In this document: positions 10,877 to 22,857 of the stretch, piece after piece
Position numbering within the stretch: position 1 is the stretch's first letter
How the letters are laid out: every line of letters starts with the position of its first letter
From: Fistulifera solaris
Taxonomy: Eukaryota
Assembly: GCA_030295235.1 (NCBI GenBank)
Contig: AP026146.1
Location: 434,001 to 498,000 of the forward strand
Length of the DNA stretch: 64,000 bases
Reading direction: 5' to 3'
The notes under the pieces: generated by a model
The model's database searches: none
The model's input: only the letters and a program-made list of their open reading frames with translations
Told to the model about the DNA's origin: nothing
Program-made: the position numbers and the translations under genes

Positions 10877-12133
10877 TTAATGGCCCGGTTCTATGACGGG
10901 AGAAGTTGTGGTAGACCCATAATTCGTCGATCCTTTCAGAAGAGTCACATTTTCTTCTTTGAAGCGGCCTCGCGTCCCCAAATTCCCACCGGAAGAATAC
11001 TGTTTTCGTTCCGACAAGGCTCCCGACCACAATGGGCTTTGCCGTTTTGTCGGTTGCTTCCGTACTTCCGGCATCGACTTGCGATCCTGTGGATGCATCA
11101 GGATCAATAAGACCACACTAGGAATGAGTTCCAGACACCCATAATTCCACCACCAATATACTTTTTCCGGTGGAGCCATGACGCGCCGTGCGTAACCAAA
11201 TGCCCGTGCACCAAATAAAAATAGACAAAGAATGGAACACAGCACCAGGCGCGACAACAAGCCACCGTGTCGACGATGTGCGGGTGTCAACAGACCGAGA
11301 AGACGTGGACAAAAATAGAGGACTGTTCCAAACAAAGCCGCGTAGATGCAGCACAGTAGTGCATAAAGAAGAACAGAAGCGACTTTATCAAATAATTGCA
11401 GCCAAATGAGCAAGCCGTACACAACATAGGCCTGGATAACTTCAGTGTGAGGATACTACAACATGATAAAACATGAATTTTTGGTGCTATTTTCCCCCCT
11501 GTGCTTACCGTGACTTGAATAACGACTCCAGGTTTTGTGTTGGCACCAACGCCTTCGGCGACGCCTACTAGCTGCACAAAGAATGTCACCATAATGGACC
11601 AGGCGGAAGCAAAGATCATTTCGGGTAAAGTATCACCCACGAACTGCAGCCACATAGGATCCGACCAAATCTGAACTGGTATCATAAGTAGCCTGGCGAC
11701 CATGGCCAGAAGTATCGTTCTGCGAAACTGAAGAAAATCAAAGTACAACTAATGAGACCAAAGTCCCATTGCGACCCATAAACCGGTGCTCACATGGAAA
11801 CGAACCAAATAAACTTACGATACACCGTGTAATTTCCGCCGTCGATCGACTTTCACCATCGTGACCAGGGCCATGTTCTACATCATCATTTGGATTGGCA
11901 CTAGCCTCCAGAATCTTTCGTTCTCGAACGACTTGCCATGACGCTAATAGGATGAAGACGACAAAACCCCCACATAATATTCCCCACGAAACGAAATGAT
12001 TGTCGAATGGCGTCACTCGCATGATTACCGATGTTTTGAAGGTATAATTAGAATACGATTGGTGATTGTTGTACTTTGTTTCATTTGCATCGTGATAATG
12101 ATTGCCGAGCAAGTCGTCCATTCCCTCGATCAT
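10877..12133 (-). CDS. Multi-pass membrane protein, probably TOM1/THH1/GPR137 (DUF1084)-like
   Basis: Three exons (approx. 12133-11817, 11727-11507, 11431-10877) give about 7 hydrophobic segments. Motifs DTLPEMIFASAWSIMVTFFVQL and YGCLELIPSVVLLILM. Confidence 0.65.
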
Positions 12134-12777
12134 CTTGTAAATAGATTGTTTTCGTCACGTTATTTCCCTTTCGAAGCACACAATCCGTTTAATTTTCTAT
12201 CTCTTCGCTTCTCTGTTTCTTATAAGCTTCAAAGTACGATAGACCTACTATGTTTGGCATGCAAAGGCATGCATGAAGGAGTTTCCTTCATTCATTCGCC
12301 TGTTTTGTTGTTTCCGTACTTTTTTTATTATTATTTTGCATGATGTACCTTTCTCTCTTTCGTCGGACGCCGGATGGACTGTGCGCACCTCGAGTCACGC
12401 TTCCAGTCGTATCTTCCCGGCCGAACTTTCGCGGTCTCACAAGAAATTTCCTCGCACTTTTCATAGAGACTGACAGTAGAGATTGGTCCGTTGAAAAACG
12501 ATAATTCCATGTTATATAGTTGGTAAAACTGCCACTATCTAGATATAAATCGACCATATAGATTTCAACGGCAACAAATACGGCTAAGTATCACTAATAC
12601 ATAAGCCGACAAAGATCCGAGCAAACCCGTTTGATGGAGGACCAAACGATGAAAACTCTCGTCCACCTTATTGTAAAAGAATGGCCTCATCAGTATATCC
12701 TTCCTTCAACTGACTGATCGCGACTTTATTGAAGAAAAGCAGTTCATAACATTCTCCATCTCGAAAACAAATGAAAA

Positions 12778-14217
12778 ATGGAATGGTCACGGTATAGCAA
12801 CGTTTTAGAAACCGCTTTCGGTTGGAAGGGCGGCAACGACAAATCGAGTGCGACATCTGCCGAGAATTCTTCGCCAGCCGAATTTGAAGAAAGGAAGGAG
12901 TCGACCCGGATATCTCTAGATGCGCCATTTGGTTTTCCAGCCGATGCAGACAGGGAGTTACAGCACTATGCTTATCGATCATCAGGCTTGCTGGAATCGT
13001 GGCATCCCCTTTCCTTCTTTGGTGGAAATACTCCAAGCAATTCGAGTGGACATCCCAATAATCCTATTGAAGATATGCAACATGAAGCGGACGAAGAAAA
13101 GCACGAAGCAGAACTAAATCATTTCGACGCTCAGAACAGAGATCATAGCGGATTCCCTTCTGTAATTGTCAGTTCCACCTCGGACGATTCTAGTTTCCGC
13201 TGTGAAAGTTTCACGGACGATGAGGATGAATCCATCGCAGTTCATGGCCCCATTCCGACAATTCATGAGTCGCTTCATGGAATAGAAGAAGGCAGAAAGT
13301 CTGCAAAGCGACTCATTCTTTCAAAACAGCGCTTCGAAGAGTTGGCGGCCAAGAACGAACGACATTTTCGACCATTCGGACACGGCAAATTTTGGACTTG
13401 TTTGTCCTTGTTTTTCGCCTGGGCCGGTGTTTTGTGTGCCGTCTCCAGTGCCCACAGCGTCCGCTTTGTTCGATTGCAGCAACCGATCCTTATTACGCCA
13501 ATGTATGATCCCGTCGATCGCATGGGATTATTGCGTACGGAAATATGTTTAAATGCGACGGCGGCGGGTGTCGATGCCTGCAAAGTAATTCCTATCGACT
13601 CGGAGGATGTTCGCGACAACAAATTTGGTATGGCACGTCTGTTTCTCATGCTGGGGACAGTATTTGGTGTATTCTTTACTTTGATTTTATCCACGTCCGT
13701 GTACTGGGAGTCGATCAATTTGCGGCCAGTGGCGGCGGGGTTTTTAATCAGTTACTTTTTCCAATCTCTCTCCATGCTCTTTTTCGATACCGCCGTTTGT
13801 ACAACCAACAAATGCCGCGTTGATCTGGGTTGTGCCCTATCGATTCTGGCAGCGTTGGGATGGATTGCCACATGCATTGCCACCTCCAAGATGGATTCCT
13901 TCAAAATAGTAGCCAGACGTCAGCGACGACGACGATTGCGGCAACAACTACGCGACGAATACAAGAAAGATTTGGAGCGCAAGAATTACGGGCGTGAACC
14001 TTCGACTGCGACAGAAACGACGTACGTTTCACAGCAATCAAACTTCTCGACTTCTTCTTCAATTGATTTAGTGCAAGACCAAAACATCGAAACAGTCATT
14101 GTGAAGAGTGAACAGTCTAAGCTCTATATCAGTATAGACCCGACGAAGCGATCGAATCCTCCTCCGACGGTTGTCAAGATCTTGGGTATAGACCCTTCCG
14201 ATCTTCACGAGTGCTAG
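12778..14217 (+). CDS. Hypothetical 4-TM membrane protein with acidic disordered N-terminus (claudin-like topology)
   Basis: 479-aa ORF with four hydrophobic helices, a GLLRTEIC...C first loop and a basic stretch after TM4. Confidence 0.7.
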   Translation: MEWSRYSNVLETAFGWKGGNDKSSATSAENSSPAEFEERKESTRISLDAPFGFPADADRELQHYAYRSSGLLESWHPLSFFGGNTPSNSSGHPNNPIEDMQHEADEEKHEAELNHFDAQNRDHSGFPSVIVSSTSDDSSFRCESFTDDEDESIAVHGPIPTIHESLHGIEEGRKSAKRLILSKQRFEELAAKNERHFRPFGHGKFWTCLSLFFAWAGVLCAVSSAHSVRFVRLQQPILITPMYDPVDRMGLLRTEICLNATAAGVDACKVIPIDSEDVRDNKFGMARLFLMLGTVFGVFFTLILSTSVYWESINLRPVAAGFLISYFFQSLSMLFFDTAVCTTNKCRVDLGCALSILAALGWIATCIATSKMDSFKIVARRQRRRRLRQQLRDEYKKDLERKNYGREPSTATETTYVSQQSNFSTSSSIDLVQDQNIETVIVKSEQSKLYISIDPTKRSNPPPTVVKILGIDPSDLHEC

Positions 14218-14676
14218 CTCAGTCATAATTAGCGCATGTATAATAGTAGTACTAATAGCAATGCTTATTGACAAGTTTCTCAAAGTTACCTTGTCTTTTC
14301 TTAATGAAACAATTCCAAAATAAAGCTAAAAATAGCGGTTCATCAGCTCGCGGCCGCTTTGGTGCAATATTTGAATCCAAAATCGCAAGAACTAGAATAT
14401 CCGGACACAAGAAGAAGCGCTCCTGGTACCAGGTATCAGTGGATCATTGCTACGGTCACCTTTCCATTGCGGTTCTGGTTATTTATGATTCACGAGGTTC
14501 CGAGCCTTTTAGATTTACTTGTAAAGTGTCATCCGTCCCGCATCGGCATGGCTCAGTCCCTGCATGGAGACCCTAAACCTTATACGGCGAACGCGACACT
14601 CAAGCCGCAGAGACAATAAAAACGTTTACTTTGAAGTTCTCTTTCTTTTAGGTACGGTGATAGAATTAACGGAATA

Positions 14677-15564
14677 ATGACCCCATGGTTTCCTTTTCTG
14701 CTGTTCCTCGAAGACCCCAACGTTCATCAATGGGTGGTGACGGGAATTCTGGTTTCATCGTTACCGACGTATTTGGCCTTGACGTATATTCCCGAGACGT
14801 GGGGCAAAACCTTGACGACCGATTCGCTCTTGGTGCGATTCTTTCCTTCGATATCTGCACCGGTTGCGTGGTTTTTCTTTGAAGTTCCGAATCTCTACTG
14901 GTCGGCGTATTACTGGAACGTCGTGTCGTCGCTGGAACAGCACATTTTGTTGTCACTCTTTGTCTTGCATTACGTTCAACGAGCGATCCTGTATCCCTTG
15001 ATGCTGGCGAAATCCACGAAACGCATTCCGTTACCGGTTGTTTTAGCGGCGTTTGCATTCACAAATTGCAATGGATAGTAAGTGAATGCAATGCAGGTGT
15101 GTTTTTTTGATAAAGGCGCACGACAAAAGATCGCTCTCACATTATTCTGAATGTCACAAAAAACAGTGCACAAGGATATGCATTGAGTCACACGGATGTG
15201 TCCAACAATGGACACTATCGCCCCTTTTCATTCTCCTTAGGATTACTGCTCTTCTTCACTGGCTTTTTCATCAATTTACAAAGCGACGCCATTCTGCGAA
15301 AACTACGGCATCAAGGCGACGGATATCAAATTCCGTACGGAGGAATGTTTGGTTACGTGTCGACACCACACTATTTCGGAGAAATTGTCGAATGGATGGG
15401 ATTTTGTATCGCGTGTCACAGGAATGGCGCTTCGGTGGCGTTTTGTGATTTATACGGCCTCTAATTTGGTACCCCGGAGTCGAGCGCATCATGTTTGGTA
15501 TCAGACAACGTTTGGAGACAAGTATCCCCGAGAACGAAAGGCGATTGTGCCGTTTTTCTACTAA
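14677..15564 (+). CDS. 3-oxo-5-alpha-steroid 4-dehydrogenase (SRD5A/DET2 family)
   Basis: AWFFFEVPNL, LHYVQRAILYP, FINLQSDAILRKLR, YQIPYGGMFGYVSTPHYFGEIVEWMGF, NLVPRSRAHHVWY...YPRERKAIVPFFY. Intron ~15079-15174; frameshift near 15443. Confidence 0.92.
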
Positions 15565-15676
15565 CCTTCCTGTGATAAGTTGAAGCTCGACAATAGACTA
15601 CTGTTTTTACGAGTTATTATCATGCGTTAAAGTTCGGTTGGCATAATTGTGGGAGTTGTTGTATTGCTCGGCGCTT

Positions 15677-18600
15677 TCATTCTTCGTCGCGCAAAAGTGA
15701 ATGAAAGCGCCGAGGAATACTGTCCCACCATCGCTCCGGTATCTCAATCACGCCGTTGTTGCCCACGACCTGATGAAAACAATGAGATCAGAGAATGTAC
15801 TCGACAATATCGAGTGACAAGAGGCATCATGTGGTGTATACACTTACATCCAGCGAATCTCGGTACGCTCCGCAGAGTTCCGATCGTTCTGCGTCATCTA
15901 GTGCACGAGAATGGAGTTCGTAAAGAATCTCAGTGAGCTCGGGGTATTCTGGCTCTTGTAATAAGCAGTGCAAGGCAGGGCGGAGTTTCTCCCACGAACG
16001 CTTCGGTAAGGTAATCTTGCCGCCGTGTGTTTTGATCTTTGCCGGAAATTGTCAATGAGAACTCACAAAAAACAATATTTGTCTGCAACACGTTGAAATC
16101 ACTTACATCCAATGACTTGATATACGCAAGACCAAATTCCGCTGCATCTAGTTCATCCGTTGAGTTATTCCACAAGACATGAAATTTGCCCATCAATTGA
16201 CCGTACATTTCCATACCAGCCGCATTTGTCATCAGCTGGTATGCCGATTCTAACCAATTCAGATTTGACTCTACTTCGGTTGAGTTTGAAGGATCTTCAC
16301 TCGTATCTTTCGAAACGCCTCTGCAATTCAGTTCCATAAGGTCGAGTCGAAGGAGACGCTGGTCCCAGCTCACAAAATAGAGGTCGCCATCCAAGTCTCC
16401 GCTGGAAATCTGCGGTGGGATGGCAGGCATACTCTCGTCAAAACCAAACACGATGACACCGAACGGTAGCGATTCAAGAAAGCTCCATTGGGATTGCGCC
16501 ATGCCGTGAGGCTTTTTTGTCAAAATAGGAAGTCGACGCGCATTAGCGCGTTCCACAGACGGATGGCGGCATACAAACAGGGACTTTATTTCCAGCGGTT
16601 TGTTTCGATAACGTATACTTCGAAAACCAGAAAGATAAACCGTGCCAGGAGGAATGCTCTCTGTGGGATCGGCAACTCCGACAACATTGGCATGTTGGAC
16701 AGTCTCCGCTTTCTTTGAACTTGCAAACATACTAGTCCACTCGCTTTCGGTCACTTTAAACGCTTTTTCTAGAAACGTTCTGATGCCCTTTGACAGTCCT
16801 TCTTGAATGGCTTCTCTATCAGTCTTCGTGGCAAGACGAGGGGTCTTCCAGAACTTTTCAAGAGCTATGTTTGTTTGCGAAGGAAAAGTTTGTTTGATCA
16901 GAATTACCGCCTTGTCTTGAAACTCTCCATGTTTTGAAGGAGGAACCTTTTTCATTGAGGAAGGAAGCTCCACCAGATAATCACTCGGGCTATCTTTTAA
17001 CATGAGCATCCCTTTGAAAATTCCAAATTTAGGGCATACAATCCGGATTTGGAGTGCAATTGCCTTGCAAAACTTGCTGCACATCTGCTCATTGTCGAAT
17101 AGCTCAAAAATAAGCTTTTTTGAAAAGAAACCGCAGCCATCGTTTCCTCTTTCTACAATTTCTCTGCATATAGACGATGGTTTTGTAAAGATGCAGCGGG
17201 GCTGCGCAACGAAACCAGTCTTCTTTGCATCAGTAAAAAGGAGCTTAATTCGGGCAACCACTTTTTCCGGTTTAAGGTTACAAAAGTCAGCCAGTTTTTC
17301 CAGTTCAAGATGCAGATTGTTTGCTTCATGCTTATCGCGCATAGCAACATAGTAGCATTCAGTTGGAGTACGTGCTTGATGGAACTTTTTCCGTTGCACG
17401 TTTCTCGACTTCGCTTTCTTTGGTTGGAAAGCGTACAACAACTTCCACGTTTCTCCCTCCTTCAAAAGAGTCGTGTGGATTGTTCGTGAACTTTCGTTAG
17501 CGGGACGCAAGCGATTTTCAAAAAAACAATCTGCAAGACAAACGCGTTCAGGCAAAGCATCGCTCAGTTGAATTTTATGAACGTATTTATTGCTTGAGAG
17601 AAAAATTGAAGACAAATTACAGCCTGTCAGACTGAGAAAGAAATATAATGATGCAAATAGCGAGATTACTCACCCAATTTGAAGCGGCGCTCCGCCGAGA
17701 AAGAAAGGTGCGGGGTTACGTGGAGGTTCTGCCGCTTTGCGAGGCTTTGCAATTCTTTGTTTTTTCGTCTTCACTTTCACGCTTTGTGACGACGCTTTCC
17801 GCTTGGATGGAGCCGATTTTCCTCGCGAGGACGAAGACGACAAGTTCGCACGCGGGGGCCACCGATTGTGACGCGCCGTTGGAATGTACATAACCGCAGC
17901 TTTCAAATCAGACGACACAATCATTGTACCGCTGTCCAAGCATGTGTGATTCGTATCTTTGTCGTCACAACTATTGCATCGCATTCTTTTTGTCATCCCC
18001 TCAACTTTCTTCCAAGAAGACTCGCTGAATTGTCCCGCCACAACCCATGCATCTTGATCGTTTAGCCATTTGATTTTTATACTGCAAGATTCCGTCTACG
18101 ACTTGCCTTGCAAAAATACCTTGGCACTGGACGTAATCATCAATCTTCCAGCACGTGTGCGGCAACCCAGCAGAACAGGAAGGACAGGGAGGAAATCGCT
18201 TACATTTGTCGTCGAATTCTTCAATGGCATATTTCGTAGCGTTGTCAGCAAAGTCTTTAAGCCACTGTTTCTTTCCGTAACCCTCCCACTTGATATAGAC
18301 TTCCTTTTTGCCATTGTCATCAAAGCGGCAGCCGTGCCACTCTTCAATGCTATACAGATCTGGCTGAAGTTCAGCTTCATTGGTATAGTCGTTGTCGTCT
18401 AGCAAGGAGATATCAGTAGCAAGACCCTCCATGGCATCATGACCAGTTTCCATAGACTCGGTTGATGATTCGGAATCGATATCTGCATCATGATCCTCTT
18501 CTTCTACTTCAGAGCTACTGGAATTGGGTTCAGATGTGAAATAGCACAAATTATCAACATATGCATCATCTTCGTCACCCTTGTCGTCATCCTCATTGGA

Positions 18601-19086
18601 TTCGTTGAGATGTTTGTTGAATTTGGGGAGCCTACTGCGCTGAAGAGGAAAATCATCAGCCCAGCCTTGATTTTGTCCTTTTGCTTCATTCCTCACAATA
18701 ATTTCGTCGTAGTTGGCAGATTTAACCGACAACGTGCTTCCAGTTCCACTGTTGTAGACTCCTCGAGATGATGCGTCAAGCTTACGGCGTGGTTCTGTTG
18801 CAATCACAAAATCTATCGAGACATCATCATCATCATCGCCAGGAGAAAACTCATCGGATGGCTGTAAGCTGTTTGGCTTTCGATGCCCATCTTCCTCAGT
18901 GTCCTCCTTCTCGGGTGAAATAAAGCGTACACTGGCTTTTGGTTTTGATTCTGGATACAAAAAGTGGTCGTCGGCGGCGCTCATGTCTTCGTCTTCGGTG
19001 CTGATCGGCGAAATGCACACCTTGGGACGCTCCGAGGCGCGTTTGAGACGGCGAAAAAGAGGTCTGTTCGCCCAAGAAAGATCCAT
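15677..19086 (-). CDS. Cellular-type RNA-dependent RNA polymerase with N-terminal acidic region, chromodomain and zinc-binding modules
   Basis: Reconstructed exons 19086-17674 (1-nt shift in a G-run near 18035), 17592-16107, 16036-15848, 15769-15677. RdRP motifs GNDGCGFFS, ALQIRI...GIFKGML, LPSSMKK, VVGVADPT, VCRHPS, catalytic SSGDLDGDLYFVSWD. Chromo motif YSIEEWHGCRFDDNGKKEVYIKWEGYGKKQW. Confidence 0.85.
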
Positions 19087-20083
19087 GATGTTTTTTATTT
19101 TAATGCTTTCTTATAATTCCTTGGGTACTTTAGTGTTGGATTGAAAAGAACTTGTGAGGGATGTCAACTTCAAGATCCTTTAGTCATTGTTCGACATAAT
19201 AATGGCCTACTCCGTATTACTTTTGCTTTCGGCACCTTTCATTTTTTTCGAAAAGCGCGCGACGAAACAAAAGATACGCGTCCGTTCGCGGGTTTACGAG
19301 GGTTAAGGTTAGCAGCTATGGCGCATGGTGCAGGTCGGTTCGGACAGATCATTATTGCTTGATTAGGGCTAGAAATGGTGACTGACATTCAGTCGTATCA
19401 CAGATCGATGCAAAAGGTCCGCCGAGCTATAATGCTGCAGAAATATATTGCAACTTAAATCAAACAATAACGGCTTATCCATACAGTAGCATTATGGCAA
19501 TGAACCATTGACGGCTGACTTGTAACGATAAGTCCATTAAACACTTTTGAGTTAAGAACGATAGAGCGTGCAAACTATCCCCGCGATTAACCGTCGCATC
19601 TTAAACTGATACATCGTCTCCATTATTGTATCGTCTCATCAATGATGCAGAGATGGCCAATTGAAGTAAAAGATAGGGAGTCGGAATCCGCCTTGTGCTC
19701 GACACCCTCGTATCATTAACTGGATCGTTCCCTACGCATGCGACATCTAGTAGTTACAAAGGCAAAGAAAAGAAATGGCTTACTTTTTCCATGCTCGTAT
19801 CGAACGTATTACCTGAGGAAGCATGAGTCTGCGACAAGCGTCGTGCTCAAAAGGAACGTTGTCTTTCTTCCAATCATCCAGGCAATGATCTATACCTTGA
19901 TACCGTGTTATGACCGTATCGGCGGCTGTACATTCTTCACGCGTCGATATCCTCATTTTCAAGTCGGGGTGTTGTCTCACTTGTGTTCACCTTTCCCCGT
20001 ATCGACACCGTCGCCTTTTGCATTGAGCGTTGTCTCTTTCTTGGTATTGCATAAATATAGAGTCGGGTTTGCATAGAGACACT

Positions 20084-21872
20084 TTAATCACGACACAAAG
20101 CGTCCATATTTTCTTCGCGCTCGACACCCTCGTATTTCAAAGTGAAGCGTTGTCTCCGTCTTCGTCTCGTCAGGGAGATGATCCAGCAGGATAAGAGTAC
20201 CATACATATCAGTAAAACGAGCGCACCCATCACAATCCACTTTAAACGGTTCGAGGCCATTCCACCGCAACATACACACGACCGTGCCACACTTTGCTCT
20301 AAATCTTGTCGTTGCGTCGAGATGCGAAACTCTTGACCATACACAAACGTCTTCATCATGGCGAATGCCACATGAGGTACATCGAGCGGAACCATGTGAC
20401 CCGCATTCAGCACTTTCAAATAAAACAAGTCTCTATATTGTTTGATGTATCCCGCCAGTTGATTGTCGACCAGAAACGCGTACCGATCTGCCATTCTCCA
20501 TGCCTCTCGATGTTCCCACGGCATGTTCTCCAACGCCGCTTCGGTGCCTACATGATGACACACCATATCCAAGACACCATTGTAAAACAGCAATCGCACA
20601 TTTTGTTCCAAAAGAAACTTAATTTCGGGTATAACACCGTGTCCATCCAAGTGTCCGAGTTGGTGGAGAGGTTCTTTTGACATTCGGCAAACGGCAACAA
20701 GGCGGTGGAAGCCGCTTCCGCCGCATGCAGGGCTTCTAAAACCGAGTCATTACGCAAATACGCTTCCAAGGTTGATTTCCCCGGGGGAAAGGTCCGAGGT
20801 CCGGTCTTGTATTCGACACGACGAACATCGAACTTCGATACCTTGTATTCGGAATCCTTGCCCATGGATTGATGAACGATATCGGGTATTAAATTGTCAC
20901 ACACGGAGGACACTTCGGGCAAATGGCGTTGACATTGACGTTCTTTCGTCATTTCCGCATGTACTTCGGACAATCCGACCAATCCCATCCCGTACGCGGC
21001 TCGAGCACCCGCGTATTGATGGTACGGATCAATCCATCCATTGCCAATGGCGGCACCATGAATCGGTATTTGTAACTTTGAATGTTGATTTTGTTGTAAT
21101 ATGTGGGTCAGAAAGAGAGGAATGTATCGTCCCGCATAACTTTCGCCAGCAAAGAAGACTCGTCGATGGACGGTATGGTTGGATGCGAATTTGTCGGCGT
21201 GCAATCGAAAGAAAAGATTGCAAAAAGGAGTAGAAATCGGTTTGCAGTTGTTCATCTGCTGTGGTATAGGTGTTTTGATCTGTTTTGTAACTAAGTCCTG
21301 TCCCAATGGGTTGATCGATGTACAACATGTAAGCGGGAAGACGATGCCAACTGTGTTCCGATGGCTGGATCTTTTCGTCTTGTACCTTAAAAGGTCCATT
21401 TTCGAGAAAGACACCATTCATACTAGAACAACCGGGTCCTCCATTTAACCAAATAATCAAGGGAACATCTGGATCGTCGATTTTGGTCGTTTCAGTTGTT
21501 GTATCCGGTGCAAAAAGCCAGTAAAAGAAAAAAGCGAGTCCCATCGGATGAAACCGGCAAATGCCCCGCCCAATGAGCCGTTAACAAGTAATGTGAAATG
21601 TTGGGTAAATTTGACACCAAATGATCATCGGGATGCTTCGGTATAGTTGCTTGAAAGGGAAAAGCTCGTCGTCGTCGTCCCGCAACGCGTCGTTGTCTTT
21701 GCCAAAAGGAAGAATGACGAGTGCAACTTTTCGTCGGCCAAAGACGAATTGCTCGACTTTGCTTCCAGTTCAGTATTGCGACAAGTAACGCGACACATAT
21801 ATACGCCATGGGACCTAATAGCAACTGATTGTTTCTGTCTTTTTGGTTTGAAAATGAACGACAACGATCCAT
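20084..21872 (-). CDS. Serine carboxypeptidase (S10, Kex1-like) with C-terminal TM helix
   Basis: HWAGHL, IIWLNGGPGCSSMNGVFLENGPF, YIDQPIGTGLSY, FAGESYAGRYIP, AIGNGWIDP, YNGVLDMVC, NAGHMVPLDVP. Split over four ORFs by several 1-nt shifts; start uncertain. Confidence 0.93.
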
Positions 21873-22857
21873 GATGTATACAAATAATGAAAAAATGCGG
21901 CGCCGTCGTTGGGTCGTCGTCGTTGTCGTTTTTGTGCGACTGACGTCTTTGCACCGTAAGGCTAAGGTTTTGAGAGGTGCAGTGGTTGTTTTGAGTGTCA
22001 CGGAACTACCAGGTATATTGAGCCCATTCTTTCTCAAATAAATTGAAAAAATGATGTACTCCGTAATAAATTTTAAATATAATGCGATAAAGGCACTATG
22101 GCTTACTTTAGCTAGCAGAAGGAATGGAGCTTTAACAGCAGTCTGTCGTGGAAAATCCTGATTCATGACTGGATCGTGGTCGTGACAGAGGGTCGTTTAC
22201 ACTCGGGTCTACAGTGAAAACAGATGATGGCGATTTTCAATGTTTTTTCGACATTAACCATCGAGGTGTGTGTTTCAAGTAATGCTAAAAACATTACCCT
22301 ATACCATAACATGATTTTCGACGTATCAAGGACGCTCACCAGGTGGAAGGTGGTGCGTATGGACCATTCTACGATATCCCCGATTCATGACTCGAATGCA
22401 GTCGTGGTCCATAGTTCATATTGATTTTAAACTATTTAACCTATCTCTCATGATTGGCACCGGTTGCAGCCAGTAGATGTCCTACTTCACTTCATGTACG
22501 GCTGTATTATGGTCCATGATGTTTGAAAGGTAATTTATGTCAAAGAGCGTCTATGCAGCACACCTCGTCGTTTTCTCGTCCTCAACCATTTCGATGTCGT
22601 ACAATAAATAAACACCTAAGCAAAAACCTTCCGTTGGCTTATTAAGGTACTTTCTTGTTGACAGAAATGTACGTGAGGTACGTCCGATCGCGCACGCGTT
22701 CTCAACCGACACGTTTCATTTTTTTTTCATCCGCAACTCGTGCAGCAAAACGATTTCACTTCAGGGATTACGAGATTATAGATAAAATTGTTTGCTATAT
22801 CCTCTCTCTCTCTCATTCATTCTTTTTTCGACACACTCCAACACAACACGAATTAGG

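Noticed and set aside
16370..16410. DxDGD motif as a DNA-dependent RNA polymerase largest subunit or a viral RdRP
   Set aside because: Context is SGDLDGDLYFVSWD with upstream DGCG, QIR, GVAD and RHP motifs of cellular RNAi RdRPs. It is not NADFDGD, and no viral GDD palm motifs were seen.
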